The notes below the pieces were generated by a model that searched no databases, was not told where the DNA came from, and saw only the letters and a list, made by a program, of their open reading frames with translations. From positions 10,987-74,986 of the forward strand of contig DEIA01000011.1 in assembly GCA_002352225.1 (NCBI GenBank): DNA of 64,000 bases, written 5' to 3'. How positions within the stretch are numbered: position 1 is the first letter of the stretch; every line of letters begins with the position of its first letter. Origin of the DNA: Flammeovirgaceae bacterium UBA2786 (GTDB taxonomy: Bacteria; Bacteroidota; Bacteroidia; Cytophagales; Cyclobacteriaceae). This document shows positions 47,620 to 56,911 of this stretch, in pieces. The translations under genes and the position numbers were made by a program.

Positions 47620-47994
47620 ATGAAAAATGTATTCAGTTTTCTGTTTATAGCCTTAACTATTACTGCCTGTGTGGCTACTAAAAATACAAGCAAGGCCCCC
47701 TTGCCCAATGGAAATTGGGATTATGTAATTACCGGTACGCCACAAGGAGATTTTAAAGGCGTGATGGTTATTACCGAAACCGATAAAGTACTAACCGCAA
47801 AATTGACTAACGATGGCGTGGAAATTCCAATAAATAAATTTGTCTTTAACAAAGAAACCCAGAAGATGTCGGGCGAGTTTGACTATTCGGGCACCTGGAT
47901 TCTCTTTGATGGCTTACTTAATACGAATGAGATTACGGGAACAATGTCGGCCAGTGGTATGGATTTTCCATTTAAAGCAACTCGTAAGAATTAG
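47620..47994 (+). CDS. hypothetical lipoprotein
   Basis: Lipobox LTITAC. 124 aa. Starts 12 nt after the upstream gene. Confidence 0.55.
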   Translation: MKNVFSFLFIALTITACVATKNTSKAPLPNGNWDYVITGTPQGDFKGVMVITETDKVLTAKLTNDGVEIPINKFVFNKETQKMSGEFDYSGTWILFDGLLNTNEITGTMSASGMDFPFKATRKN

Positions 47995-47997
47995 AGC

Positions 47998-48378
47998 ATG
48001 TCAGTAAAAATTACAGCCGACAACAAACTCAAAAAATTAATTGTAGTAGGCGATCGTGTGCTTATTCGCCCGGCAAAAGAAACTGATAAAACAGAAAGCG
48101 GATTATATCTGCCGCCAGGCGTGCAGGAAAAAGAGAAAATACAAAAAGGATATGTAATTAAAGTGGGGCCAGGCTACCCATTACCGATGCCAGCAGATGA
48201 AGATGATATGTGGAAAGGCAAAGAAGACCAGGTAAAGTATCTGCCTCTTCAAGCTCAGGAAGGCGACCTCGCCATCTTTCTGCAAAAAGGGGCTATTGAA
48301 GTAATGTATGAAGGCCAGAAGTATTTTATTGTACCACAAGTTTCAATCCTGATGCTGGAGCGGGAAGAGGAGCTATGA
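47998..48378 (+). CDS. GroES-family (Cpn10-like) protein
   Basis: VGDRVLIRPAKETDKTESGLYLPPGVQEKEKIQKGYVIKVGPG matches the Cpn10 core, with an inserted acidic loop. Confidence 0.7.
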   Translation: MSVKITADNKLKKLIVVGDRVLIRPAKETDKTESGLYLPPGVQEKEKIQKGYVIKVGPGYPLPMPADEDDMWKGKEDQVKYLPLQAQEGDLAIFLQKGAIEVMYEGQKYFIVPQVSILMLEREEEL

Positions 48379-48581
48379 AAGGTCTTTCGTTCGATGTACT
48401 GCGCGTAGGTAAAAAATACCGCTTAAAAAATTTTGGCGATACGTACGAATTTGAGATTGAACGTATTCTTACCAATGGCGATTTCAAAGTAAAAGATTTG
48501 CACACACTTGAACGCTACCTGCTTAAAGACACCATTAAATTCGGAACCGGAAAAGATTTTGAAATAAGAGATCTGGATTAG
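48375..48581 (+). CDS. small hypothetical protein
   Basis: 68 aa with a 4-nt overlap with the GroES-like gene. No family recognised. Confidence 0.45.
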   Translation: MKGLSFDVLRVGKKYRLKNFGDTYEFEIERILTNGDFKVKDLHTLERYLLKDTIKFGTGKDFEIRDLD

Positions 48582-48620
48582 GCTGAAGTATAATTCCCAA
48601 CTTTGAATTACTGATAGTTC

Positions 48621-49685
48621 TTATCTCATTTCAGTTATCCATTGCCTGACTAAAGCTACGCCTTCTTCATGCGTAATGGAACGGCCCAGCTCAGGCATCA
48701 TTACACCCGGGTGTACCGATTCAATCCGATATTGAAGAATTGATTGCTCGGGCTTTCCGGGAACAATGCCATACAATAAACCACCAGAGCCCTTGCCCGC
48801 AGCTACCGGTGCTTTGCCTACACCTAATTTTGCAAGATCGTTTTCTGTTGCAAGCAAATGTAACCCACTGTTTTTTGCAGGGCCATCTGCACGATGGCAA
48901 TGCGCACAATTAATTTCTAACCAGGCGCGTGCACGTTCATTTACTGATACACGTTGATCTTCGTACGCTGCCAATTTTGAAACTTGCTCTATATCAGCAA
49001 GACCATTAAGTAAACCATGGCTCTGCCAATACAGCAACTGATTTTGATTGCCTTCCGCAAAACGATAATCTCCATTTAATTGCCTGGCACTGGGGCCAAT
49101 GGGCATTACCTTATCGCCCCGCAGATGGCAGCCTTTGCATTGGTTCATGTTTGGAACTGCATAATTAATTTTACGCAACTGGCCATCGGTATGTTTCCAC
49201 TCTACCGGAATACTTTTACCGGCCACATTCAGGTATGCTTCTGTCTGCTCATCATTCCAGATGTAAGGCAGCGTCTTCCACTCGTTGGCTTCTTTAATGA
49301 GTAAACGGGTTTCTAAAATTCGTAAGTCATTTTCCGGTTTGCTGAAATCGGCAGGGTAATAAAAATTCTTAATCAGAACGGTTCCTTCCGGGAAATCTAA
49401 AACCTCATCAGCATTATACACCGCTTGTTTACCTTCCGGGATTTTAATAAAGCGCGCTTTAAAGGCATAATCTGTAAACAAAGCAGAGTTGAGTGCATAG
49501 GGTATAATGCCATCGGCAGGGTTCATCTCTTTTAGTTCGCCTTGAAAAAATCCATAGTCGGAAAGTTTTGTTTTACCAATATGCGATAAATCGATAACGG
49601 ATTCTTGTTCGGGCAACACCATAACATCCTGTCTTTTTGCTTCGCAGGCAATCAAAACAATCAACAAAATAATCCCTACTCTCAT
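48621..49685 (-). CDS. diheme c-type cytochrome lipoprotein (SO2930-like family)
   Basis: Two CxxCH sites (CKGCH, CAHCH). The start is placed at the Met at 49685 (MRVGIILLIVLIAC lipobox), giving an ATGA overlap with the upstream gene. Confidence 0.75.
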   Translation of the reverse strand: MRVGIILLIVLIACEAKRQDVMVLPEQESVIDLSHIGKTKLSDYGFFQGELKEMNPADGIIPYALNSALFTDYAFKARFIKIPEGKQAVYNADEVLDFPEGTVLIKNFYYPADFSKPENDLRILETRLLIKEANEWKTLPYIWNDEQTEAYLNVAGKSIPVEWKHTDGQLRKINYAVPNMNQCKGCHLRGDKVMPIGPSARQLNGDYRFAEGNQNQLLYWQSHGLLNGLADIEQVSKLAAYEDQRVSVNERARAWLEINCAHCHRADGPAKNSGLHLLATENDLAKLGVGKAPVAAGKGSGGLLYGIVPGKPEQSILQYRIESVHPGVMMPELGRSITHEEGVALVRQWITEMR

Positions 49686-50926
49686 TGTGTTGAAATTTTT
49701 ACTCCTTCGCAATTAAACTGATGTGGGTCTTTCTTCAGATTTTCAAAATCATTTGCTGCATCAAGGTTAAGTACAATTATCTCATCTCCCTGTTGAATGC
49801 AGATTCCGCGTTCAGGCCGTTTGGGATCAGCAATTCCATCATACGCAATATCGGGTGGGTTTAAAAACGACTTTACAAAAAACAATTTCCCAATATCATG
49901 CCCTAAAGCCGGAAACCACTTGCTGTTAGTGTACGTATTATCATGAATGTAAATTCCGTACGGGAAAGGATTATACAACGTATCGGCTCTAAAATTATTC
50001 TCTACGGTTTGCACACCCCCAATCGAAGTTTCCTGTTCAACCTCGCCTTCATTTAAAGCAGCCACCAACTCGTAACTGATTATTCCTGTACCCACCGTTT
50101 TATTATCAATAATTTCATTTTTTGTTATTTCCAGATTGTGTGTAGCTAAAACCATTATGCCGGTGCCGGGTGGTATGCTTGCCACAATGTTTCCCTTCAG
50201 GGCAAAGTTATCGTGGTTGTTATTGTAAATCTTATTCTCGTATACTTTTGTGGTATGGCCATATTGGGTTAATCCGGGCAAATCAAAAATTAAAATACCC
50301 CCCGTATTTTCGTACGCTTCATTGCCATAAATTTCTACCCAGCGCGAGTTTTCGCTTTCGATGCCCGCCACATTCCAATATGCTTTGCTATTTCGGATAA
50401 TTACAGAATCGGACTGCCCCACGTAGATACCTGCATCAGACGATCCCATTGCAACACACTCATCAATCAAAACATGCTTGCATAAAACCGGATACAACGC
50501 ATAGGCTCCGTTTTCAGTCTTCGGCCCATCGGCCCAAACCGAACGGATTCTTTGCAAGGTAATGCCATTTACTTCGTTTACTTTAAGGTTATCGCCTTTT
50601 GCATCTTCTATGGAAAAATCGCGGAGTGTAATATTACTGCCATTACTAATCAAAAAGCCTTGCGCCCCTTCTGTCTGGTTTCTGAAGGACAACACCGTTT
50701 TATCCATTCCTTTACCCAGTATAGTAATGTTCGATTTACCTTCCATTGCCAACCCTTTCGTAAACATATAATTACCTTCCGGCAGAAAGAGTGTATCGCC
50801 ATCCTGAATAGTAATTAATTGTGTTTGTAAACTTTGTTCAATGCTTTGCCAGATACGCGGTTCTGGTTTTTCAATTGTACAGCCCAATACCAACACAAGA
50901 AATGGAAACCAGAAAGTAAATTTCAT
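49682..50926 (-). CDS. parallel beta-helix repeat protein (exported)
   Basis: Signal/lipobox MKFTFWFPFLVLVLGC and repeated right-handed beta-helix turns (NITLRDFSI, GITLQRI, VIIRNSKA, VEIYGNEA). Coupled to the cytochrome gene. Confidence 0.7.
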   Translation of the reverse strand: MKFTFWFPFLVLVLGCTIEKPEPRIWQSIEQSLQTQLITIQDGDTLFLPEGNYMFTKGLAMEGKSNITILGKGMDKTVLSFRNQTEGAQGFLISNGSNITLRDFSIEDAKGDNLKVNEVNGITLQRIRSVWADGPKTENGAYALYPVLCKHVLIDECVAMGSSDAGIYVGQSDSVIIRNSKAYWNVAGIESENSRWVEIYGNEAYENTGGILIFDLPGLTQYGHTTKVYENKIYNNNHDNFALKGNIVASIPPGTGIMVLATHNLEITKNEIIDNKTVGTGIISYELVAALNEGEVEQETSIGGVQTVENNFRADTLYNPFPYGIYIHDNTYTNSKWFPALGHDIGKLFFVKSFLNPPDIAYDGIADPKRPERGICIQQGDEIIVLNLDAANDFENLKKDPHQFNCEGVKISTQ

Positions 50927-51064
50927 AAAGTTAAATTTGCGATTAAATATAGAATAGTTTTATGACCTGCGTTATAAAAATCAGGGTATTGAACGGATTC
51001 AGGACCACCCTTTTGTTGAATAATGGTTTTGCATAACATTGGTTGTAAGTTTATACATTCGTTT

Positions 51065-53698
51065 ATGAAATCGGTTTTTACACTATTCCTGCTTGCTCCG
51101 TTTTTTGCTATCGGGCAATCATGGGAAGAAGTCAGTAAAAAAACAGCACAAACTTACCACGCAGGCCAGTACGAACAAGCTGTTCCGTTGGCCCGCCAGG
51201 CTTTAAAGCTGGCTGCCGCTGAATTTGGAGCCACCCATCTGAATTACTTTAATAGTGTTAACGACCTCGCTTCTGCTCTTAAAAAAGTTGGTGCATTTAC
51301 AGAAGCTCAGCTACTGGAACAGCAGAATCTGCAAACAATTGGCAACACCCTGGGCACGGAAAATCTTACCTTTATAAACACCCTGAAAAACCTGGGGAAC
51401 ACATGCCTGGCTTTGGAAAACTATCAGCTGGCCGAACTTTACTATAGCCAGGCGATTATTCATCTCGGTAAGATCATCGCTAAACGCGATGCATACTATA
51501 CCGAAAACTCCTTTCTTGTTTTTAATGCCCATGTAAGTATCATGCTACAATCAGGTGTGCTGTTGCAGCGAACCGGCCGCGCCCGGAGTGCAGAAGAAAC
51601 CTATCTAAACCTGATTGTTTTTTGCAAAGATTTTCTGGGAGACGATTATGTGAGTTATACCCCGTACGCTACCCTTATCAATAATCTTGCTCTAAATTAC
51701 ATGGAAACAAATCCTCAACAAGCCGAAATCTATCTGAAAGAAGCGCTGGATTTACACCCCTCCGGGCACGGAGAAAACTCTGCTTATTATTTTCAAACCT
51801 TGCTTAATCTCGCTTCCGTTTATGAACGCACCAACCGGCCCGAGGAAGCAAATTCAATTTTGAACGACATCCTGGAAAAGATAAAACAAAATCAAGGCAC
51901 AAACAGCTACGATTATATCACCACGCTAAACAATCTGGGGCAACTCCATTTCAATTTGAATCAATTAGAAAAAAGTGAGCAGTACACATCAGAAGCGCTT
52001 CGATTGCAGGAAGAAACATTTGGCAAAAACAACCTGATGTATCAGACTCTGGTGCACAACCTGGCCGAAACATATCAATGGCAAAACCGATTTAACGAAG
52101 CTGAAGCATTATTCAGGATTGCAGTACAAAAAGTTTTAACCGATGTAGAAAAGAATTTTTCTTATTTGTCGGAAAGTGAAAAGCGAAGTTTCTATCAGCA
52201 TAATGCTTTGTTTATTAACGAATATGCCAATTTTGCTTTGTTTAAATCAGGCGCCATTCCATTACCGGATTTACCAAAAGAACAGCTTTCCAAAAACAGT
52301 CTTAGCGATTTATATAATCTGCAATTGAGCACCAAAGCGTTGATTTTAAATGCAACAGCTAAAACCAAGCAAACCATACTGGGCAGTAAAGACACACTGT
52401 TGATTAACCGTTTTGAAAGATGGGAATTGCTGAAAGAACACATTGCACAACAATATAATTTACCCGGCCATGACAGACTTAACTTAGATAGCCTCATTCA
52501 ACAAGCCGAATCGCTTGAAAGCATGCTAAATAAATACTCAACACTTTTTAAAAAAGGTTATGTAACACCACACATTACATGGCAGGATGTTCAAAAAAAA
52601 TTAAAACCGGGCGAAGCTGCCGTTGAATTGGTTCGATACTACAATGGGTTGATTTATGTGGCTCTTATTGTTACGCCACAAACCCGGCAGCACCCTGAAA
52701 TAGCCCTGATCAAAAGTTCTAAAACCAAAAACCTTGAAGAAGGATTTCTCTCATACTACAAGAACAGCATCCGGCTTAAAACAACCGACACTATTTCATA
52801 TAATCAATTCTGGAAACCGGTTTACGATACACTTAAAAAATATTCACGTACTCTTCGCAAAGTATACCTGTCTCCCGATGGAATCTTTAACGAGGTAAAC
52901 TTCAACACGCTGCAGAATCCGGTTAGTCAGAAATTTGTGGTAGATGAAACCGAAATTCATTTAGTAACAAACACCCGCGATATACCAGACAAAGCAACAA
53001 AATTGCGTAAGGGCAAGAATAAACGCACAGCCGTATTACTTGGCCGACCCGATTATGGTAGTATCAACTCATCAGCGGAAGCTAAAACCCGAAGTGGGTT
53101 TGCCGATTTGGAAGGAACAGAAAAAGAAGTAAACGATATTGCAGCCTTGCTTACTAAAAAGGACTGGCAAACAAAGGTACTAACGGCACAGCAGGCAAGT
53201 GAAGAGTCTATAAAAGAATTGAATAATCCGCAGGTGTTGCATTTGGCTACGCATGGTTATTTTGTGCCTCTTGCGGGCTATCAAAACAATTTTTACATAG
53301 AAGCAACCCTGCAATCGGGTATTGTACTGGCGCATGCGGGCAATCCGCAACCCGGCCAGGAAGATGGTATATTAACTGCTTATGAGGCCATGCACCTGAA
53401 TCTGGATTCGACCGAACTGGTGGTTCTTTCTGCTTGCGAAACCGGGCTTGGCGGCATAGAGGCAGGCGAAGGTGTGTACGGATTGCAACGCACGCTCAAA
53501 GTAGCAGGAGCAAGCACTATATTAATGAGTTTGTGGAAAGTGGATGATACTGCCACACAAGAGCTTATGACCCTGTTTTATCAAAAATGGCTGAAGGGAA
53601 AACCGAAAAGAGAAGCCTTTCGGTTGGCACAATTAGAGCTGAAGAAAAAATATCCGCAACCGTATTACTGGGGTTCGTTTGTGATGACGGGAGATTAA
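51065..53698 (+). CDS. TPR-repeat CHAT-domain protein with a signal peptide
   Basis: The ATG at 51065 gives the signal peptide MKSVFTLFLLAPFFAIGQ. There are many TPR units. The C-terminal CHAT caspase-like dyad is present (LHLATHG ... VLSACETG). Confidence 0.85.
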   Translation: MKSVFTLFLLAPFFAIGQSWEEVSKKTAQTYHAGQYEQAVPLARQALKLAAAEFGATHLNYFNSVNDLASALKKVGAFTEAQLLEQQNLQTIGNTLGTENLTFINTLKNLGNTCLALENYQLAELYYSQAIIHLGKIIAKRDAYYTENSFLVFNAHVSIMLQSGVLLQRTGRARSAEETYLNLIVFCKDFLGDDYVSYTPYATLINNLALNYMETNPQQAEIYLKEALDLHPSGHGENSAYYFQTLLNLASVYERTNRPEEANSILNDILEKIKQNQGTNSYDYITTLNNLGQLHFNLNQLEKSEQYTSEALRLQEETFGKNNLMYQTLVHNLAETYQWQNRFNEAEALFRIAVQKVLTDVEKNFSYLSESEKRSFYQHNALFINEYANFALFKSGAIPLPDLPKEQLSKNSLSDLYNLQLSTKALILNATAKTKQTILGSKDTLLINRFERWELLKEHIAQQYNLPGHDRLNLDSLIQQAESLESMLNKYSTLFKKGYVTPHITWQDVQKKLKPGEAAVELVRYYNGLIYVALIVTPQTRQHPEIALIKSSKTKNLEEGFLSYYKNSIRLKTTDTISYNQFWKPVYDTLKKYSRTLRKVYLSPDGIFNEVNFNTLQNPVSQKFVVDETEIHLVTNTRDIPDKATKLRKGKNKRTAVLLGRPDYGSINSSAEAKTRSGFADLEGTEKEVNDIAALLTKKDWQTKVLTAQQASEESIKELNNPQVLHLATHGYFVPLAGYQNNFYIEATLQSGIVLAHAGNPQPGQEDGILTAYEAMHLNLDSTELVVLSACETGLGGIEAGEGVYGLQRTLKVAGASTILMSLWKVDDTATQELMTLFYQKWLKGKPKREAFRLAQLELKKKYPQPYYWGSFVMTGD

Positions 53699-53742
53699 AC
53701 AACTTCAGTTATTTTATTTATTAAGACATTAAACATTGCACT

Positions 53743-54255
53743 ATGATTACGTTGGCTACGCTTACTGATACTTCTGAACTAACCATTTTGGTTAACTCTG
53801 CTTATCGCGGAGACTCCTCGCGCCAGGGCTGGACTACCGAAGCCGATTTACTGGATGGCACACGGATTGACGAAGTCGCCATGCGCGATCTGATTCAAAA
53901 ACCCGACACAGTTATTCTTACTTATCGCGAAGAAGGTAACCTGTTAGGTTGCGTTGAGTTGCGCCTGCAGGATGGAAAATTATATCTGGGCATGCTTAGT
54001 GTTAAGCCTCATACGCAAGGAAAAGGAATTGGAAAACAACTGATTCAGGCAGCTGAAGACTATGCCAAACAACAAAGCATCGATACTATTTTTATGACGG
54101 TGATTTCGGTTCGAAAAGAATTGATTGATTGGTACGTGCGACACGGCTATATATTAACCGGTGAGCGAAAACCATTTGTAATACCCGATACCCGCTGGGG
54201 CATCCCCAAAAAAGAATTAGAATTTGTGGTGCTTGAAAAAAAACTAATTGTATGA
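53743..54255 (+). CDS. GNAT-family N-acetyltransferase
   Basis: The acetyl-CoA binding motif SVKPHTQGKGIGKQL. 170 aa. Confidence 0.8.
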   Translation: MITLATLTDTSELTILVNSAYRGDSSRQGWTTEADLLDGTRIDEVAMRDLIQKPDTVILTYREEGNLLGCVELRLQDGKLYLGMLSVKPHTQGKGIGKQLIQAAEDYAKQQSIDTIFMTVISVRKELIDWYVRHGYILTGERKPFVIPDTRWGIPKKELEFVVLEKKLIV

Positions 54256-54932
54256 TAAAAGTAATTGCTTTTGATGCTGACGATACGCTTTGGCACAACG
54301 AAGCCTTCTTTCAGGAAACGGAGAAAAAATTTTTTGTATTACTGGAAAACTACCTGCCCCAACACACCACGGCCCGCGAGTTATTAAAAACAGAAATCGA
54401 CAACCTGCCCCTTTACGGATACGGCATTAAAGCTTTTATGCTTTCTATGATTGAAACCGCCATGCGCGTAACCAACCATACCATTCCCGGTGAAGCCATT
54501 GAAACGATTATTGAATATGGAAAAGAAATGTTAGACATGCCGGTTGAGATAATGGATGGGGCTGAAGATGTATTAAACCAACTAAAAGATAAATACAGGC
54601 TGGTAATGGCTACCAAAGGCGATTTACTGGATCAGGAACGCAAGCTCAAAAAATCGGGCCTCGAAAAATATTTTCATCACATCGAAATAATGTCCGAAAA
54701 AAAAGAGGATGACTTTCGCAAACTTATCAAACACTTAGACATTACTCCACCCCAGTTTGCCATGATTGGCAATTCTATAAAATCAGATGTAATGCCCGTG
54801 CTGGCCCTGGGCGGGCACGGGTTTCACATTCCGTATCATATTACCTGGGCGCACGAGCGCGTGGACACTCAAATTGAAAATGAGAAATTCCGGCAACTAA
54901 GTTCCATTCGCGAAATTTTGAACTACCTGTAA
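54252..54932 (+). CDS. HAD-superfamily hydrolase
   Basis: Motif I, IAFDADDTLW, plus downstream HAD motifs (ATKGD, IGNSIKSD). Confidence 0.8.
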   Translation: MIKVIAFDADDTLWHNEAFFQETEKKFFVLLENYLPQHTTARELLKTEIDNLPLYGYGIKAFMLSMIETAMRVTNHTIPGEAIETIIEYGKEMLDMPVEIMDGAEDVLNQLKDKYRLVMATKGDLLDQERKLKKSGLEKYFHHIEIMSEKKEDDFRKLIKHLDITPPQFAMIGNSIKSDVMPVLALGGHGFHIPYHITWAHERVDTQIENEKFRQLSSIREILNYL

Positions 54933-55679
54933 CTACACCACCTTCTTTCGGATTAGTTTGGCATACGTGCGGCTAACCGGAAAGCTTTTTCCGTTCTGCA
55001 TTTTCACAATCATACCGCCATTAAAATGACGTTCTATCTCTTTTAGAAAATTTACGTTTACAATCGTAGAACGATGTACGCGTATAAAGGTATCGGGGTT
55101 CATCAACTCTTCCAGTTTTCCAATACCCGATGAACTCACAAACTGATCGTTCCTGGTTGAGATAACGGTATAATCGCCAGAAGCCTCGAGGTAGATGATT
55201 TCTTCTACGGGCAGATTAAACAGTTTTTCAGATTTTTGTACAAATAAATGCGAATCGTATGATGTGCGTGTATTTACCGGCCGCATACTACCCAGCAATT
55301 CTTCCAGGTTTCCATCTTCCATTTTCTTACGCTTCAGTGCACGCTCTACGGCAAGTTTAAACCGTTCCTGATCCAACGGTTTCAGCAGATAATCCACCGC
55401 ATTTCGCTCAAAGGCTTTAATTGCATATTGATCGTAAGCGGTAGAGAAAATTACATAGGGTTCGTGTTCAATTTCATCCAGCACATCAAACCCGTTCATG
55501 CCCGGCATCTGCACGTCCAGAAAAATCAGGTCGGGTTTAAGTTTGTTAATTTGTTCAACCGCTTCGGTTCCCTTGCTGCATTCGCCAATAATTTCAATTT
55601 GAGGAAACGCTTCCAGAAATTCGCGCAAAAGTTCGCGTGCTAATTTTTCGTCATCAATAATTAAACAAGTTGTGGTCAT
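54933..55679 (-). CDS. LytTR-family DNA-binding response regulator
   Basis: Receiver domain (IIDDE ... DLIFLDVQMP) plus a C-terminal LytTR domain (FIRVHRSTIVN). Confidence 0.9.
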   Translation of the reverse strand: MTTTCLIIDDEKLARELLREFLEAFPQIEIIGECSKGTEAVEQINKLKPDLIFLDVQMPGMNGFDVLDEIEHEPYVIFSTAYDQYAIKAFERNAVDYLLKPLDQERFKLAVERALKRKKMEDGNLEELLGSMRPVNTRTSYDSHLFVQKSEKLFNLPVEEIIYLEASGDYTVISTRNDQFVSSSGIGKLEELMNPDTFIRVHRSTIVNVNFLKEIERHFNGGMIVKMQNGKSFPVSRTYAKLIRKKVV

Positions 55680-56797
55680 ATTAATTGGTTTTCAAGTACC
55701 GGTTTAGTTTCCATTGGGTTTGTAATATTTTCATCTTTTATAAAAAAACTTACCGAGTACCCATGCTCGGTAGCCAATACGCGCAAGTGAGATTGTCCTC
55801 CAAAATAACTACGCAAACGCAAATCAGTATTCATCATCCCCACTCCGCTCGAACTGCCATCCATTACTTTTTTGGCTTTTGACCCCAGCCCATCATCTTT
55901 TATTTCAAAAAAGATTACCGCGCCAGAACGTTTTACCGTTAACAAAATTGTTCCTCCTTCTTCTTTAGGTGCAATACCGTACTTAACCGAATTTTCTACC
56001 AGGGGTTGCAATATCATAGGCGGCAGATACGTACCCAAACAAGTAGGGTCTATATGTTTTTCGAACTTAAGCCGTTCACCAAAACGAACCTGCTGAATGC
56101 GCACATAGTTATCAATAAACTCAATTTCATGAATTAACTTCACCATCTCTCCGTTATGAGAGTCTAACGCATACCGGAATATATCCGACAACTGACTAAT
56201 TACCTTGCGCGCCTGTTCCTTACTGGTATGCACCAGTGTGCTGATCGAATTAAGCGTATTGAACAAAAAGTGCGGATTGATTTGTGATTTTAGCAGCGAT
56301 ATCTGCATTTCTTTGTTGCGCAAAGCCAACTCACTCTTTTCTTGTTCTTCTTTTTGCAACCCCTGGAAGTAGCGTATTACATAGTACACACCCACAGTAA
56401 TAATATACTGATCGTGAATGCGAAGCGCATCCCAACTACTCAGTATCCCAATCATGTACTCCTTCCAATGTTCCAGATACACATACCCTTCCAGGTAATC
56501 TGTAAAATAATAGGAAAGGGTACCCATCAGAAAAAAGAAAACGATTATACCCGATATGTGCCCAATAATTTGCCACATAGCCGAAAACCGGAATAACCAA
56601 TGGCTCCAGATAAAAATAAGCAGGATACAAACACATAACGCTTCCAGCAGGAAAAGTGCCGTCCACAACACATAATACTCGGGTTTTACAAATTTCCACT
56701 CTAAAACTGCACTTATGGTAAAATTAATGGCATACCACAAGCAGATAAGCAAGTAAGCGCGCTTCCAGATTCGGGGTATTGCATCAAGCCATTTCAT
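55676..56797 (-). CDS. LytS/YehU-type sensor histidine kinase
   Basis: Polytopic N-terminus, the His_kinase motif QINPHFLFNTLNSI, and an HATPase_c region. 4-nt overlap with the regulator gene. Confidence 0.88.
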   Translation of the reverse strand: MKWLDAIPRIWKRAYLLICLWYAINFTISAVLEWKFVKPEYYVLWTALFLLEALCVCILLIFIWSHWLFRFSAMWQIIGHISGIIVFFFLMGTLSYYFTDYLEGYVYLEHWKEYMIGILSSWDALRIHDQYIITVGVYYVIRYFQGLQKEEQEKSELALRNKEMQISLLKSQINPHFLFNTLNSISTLVHTSKEQARKVISQLSDIFRYALDSHNGEMVKLIHEIEFIDNYVRIQQVRFGERLKFEKHIDPTCLGTYLPPMILQPLVENSVKYGIAPKEEGGTILLTVKRSGAVIFFEIKDDGLGSKAKKVMDGSSSGVGMMNTDLRLRSYFGGQSHLRVLATEHGYSVSFFIKDENITNPMETKPVLENQLI

Positions 56798-56911
56798 GGA
56801 AAGGGAAAGATTGTTCTATAAAAGTAAATATTAGAAGGAAAAGCCGACTAATGTAAGGTATTAGCGATTAATTGAATTTTAGACCTGTTTACCTACCTTA
56901 GCCTAAACTTT

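Noticed and set aside
51065-53698. TPR-CHAT as a CRISPR type III-E-associated (Csx29-like) or other defence protease.
   Set aside because: There is no CRISPR array, cas gene or other defence gene nearby. The protein carries a signal peptide and sits among housekeeping genes.
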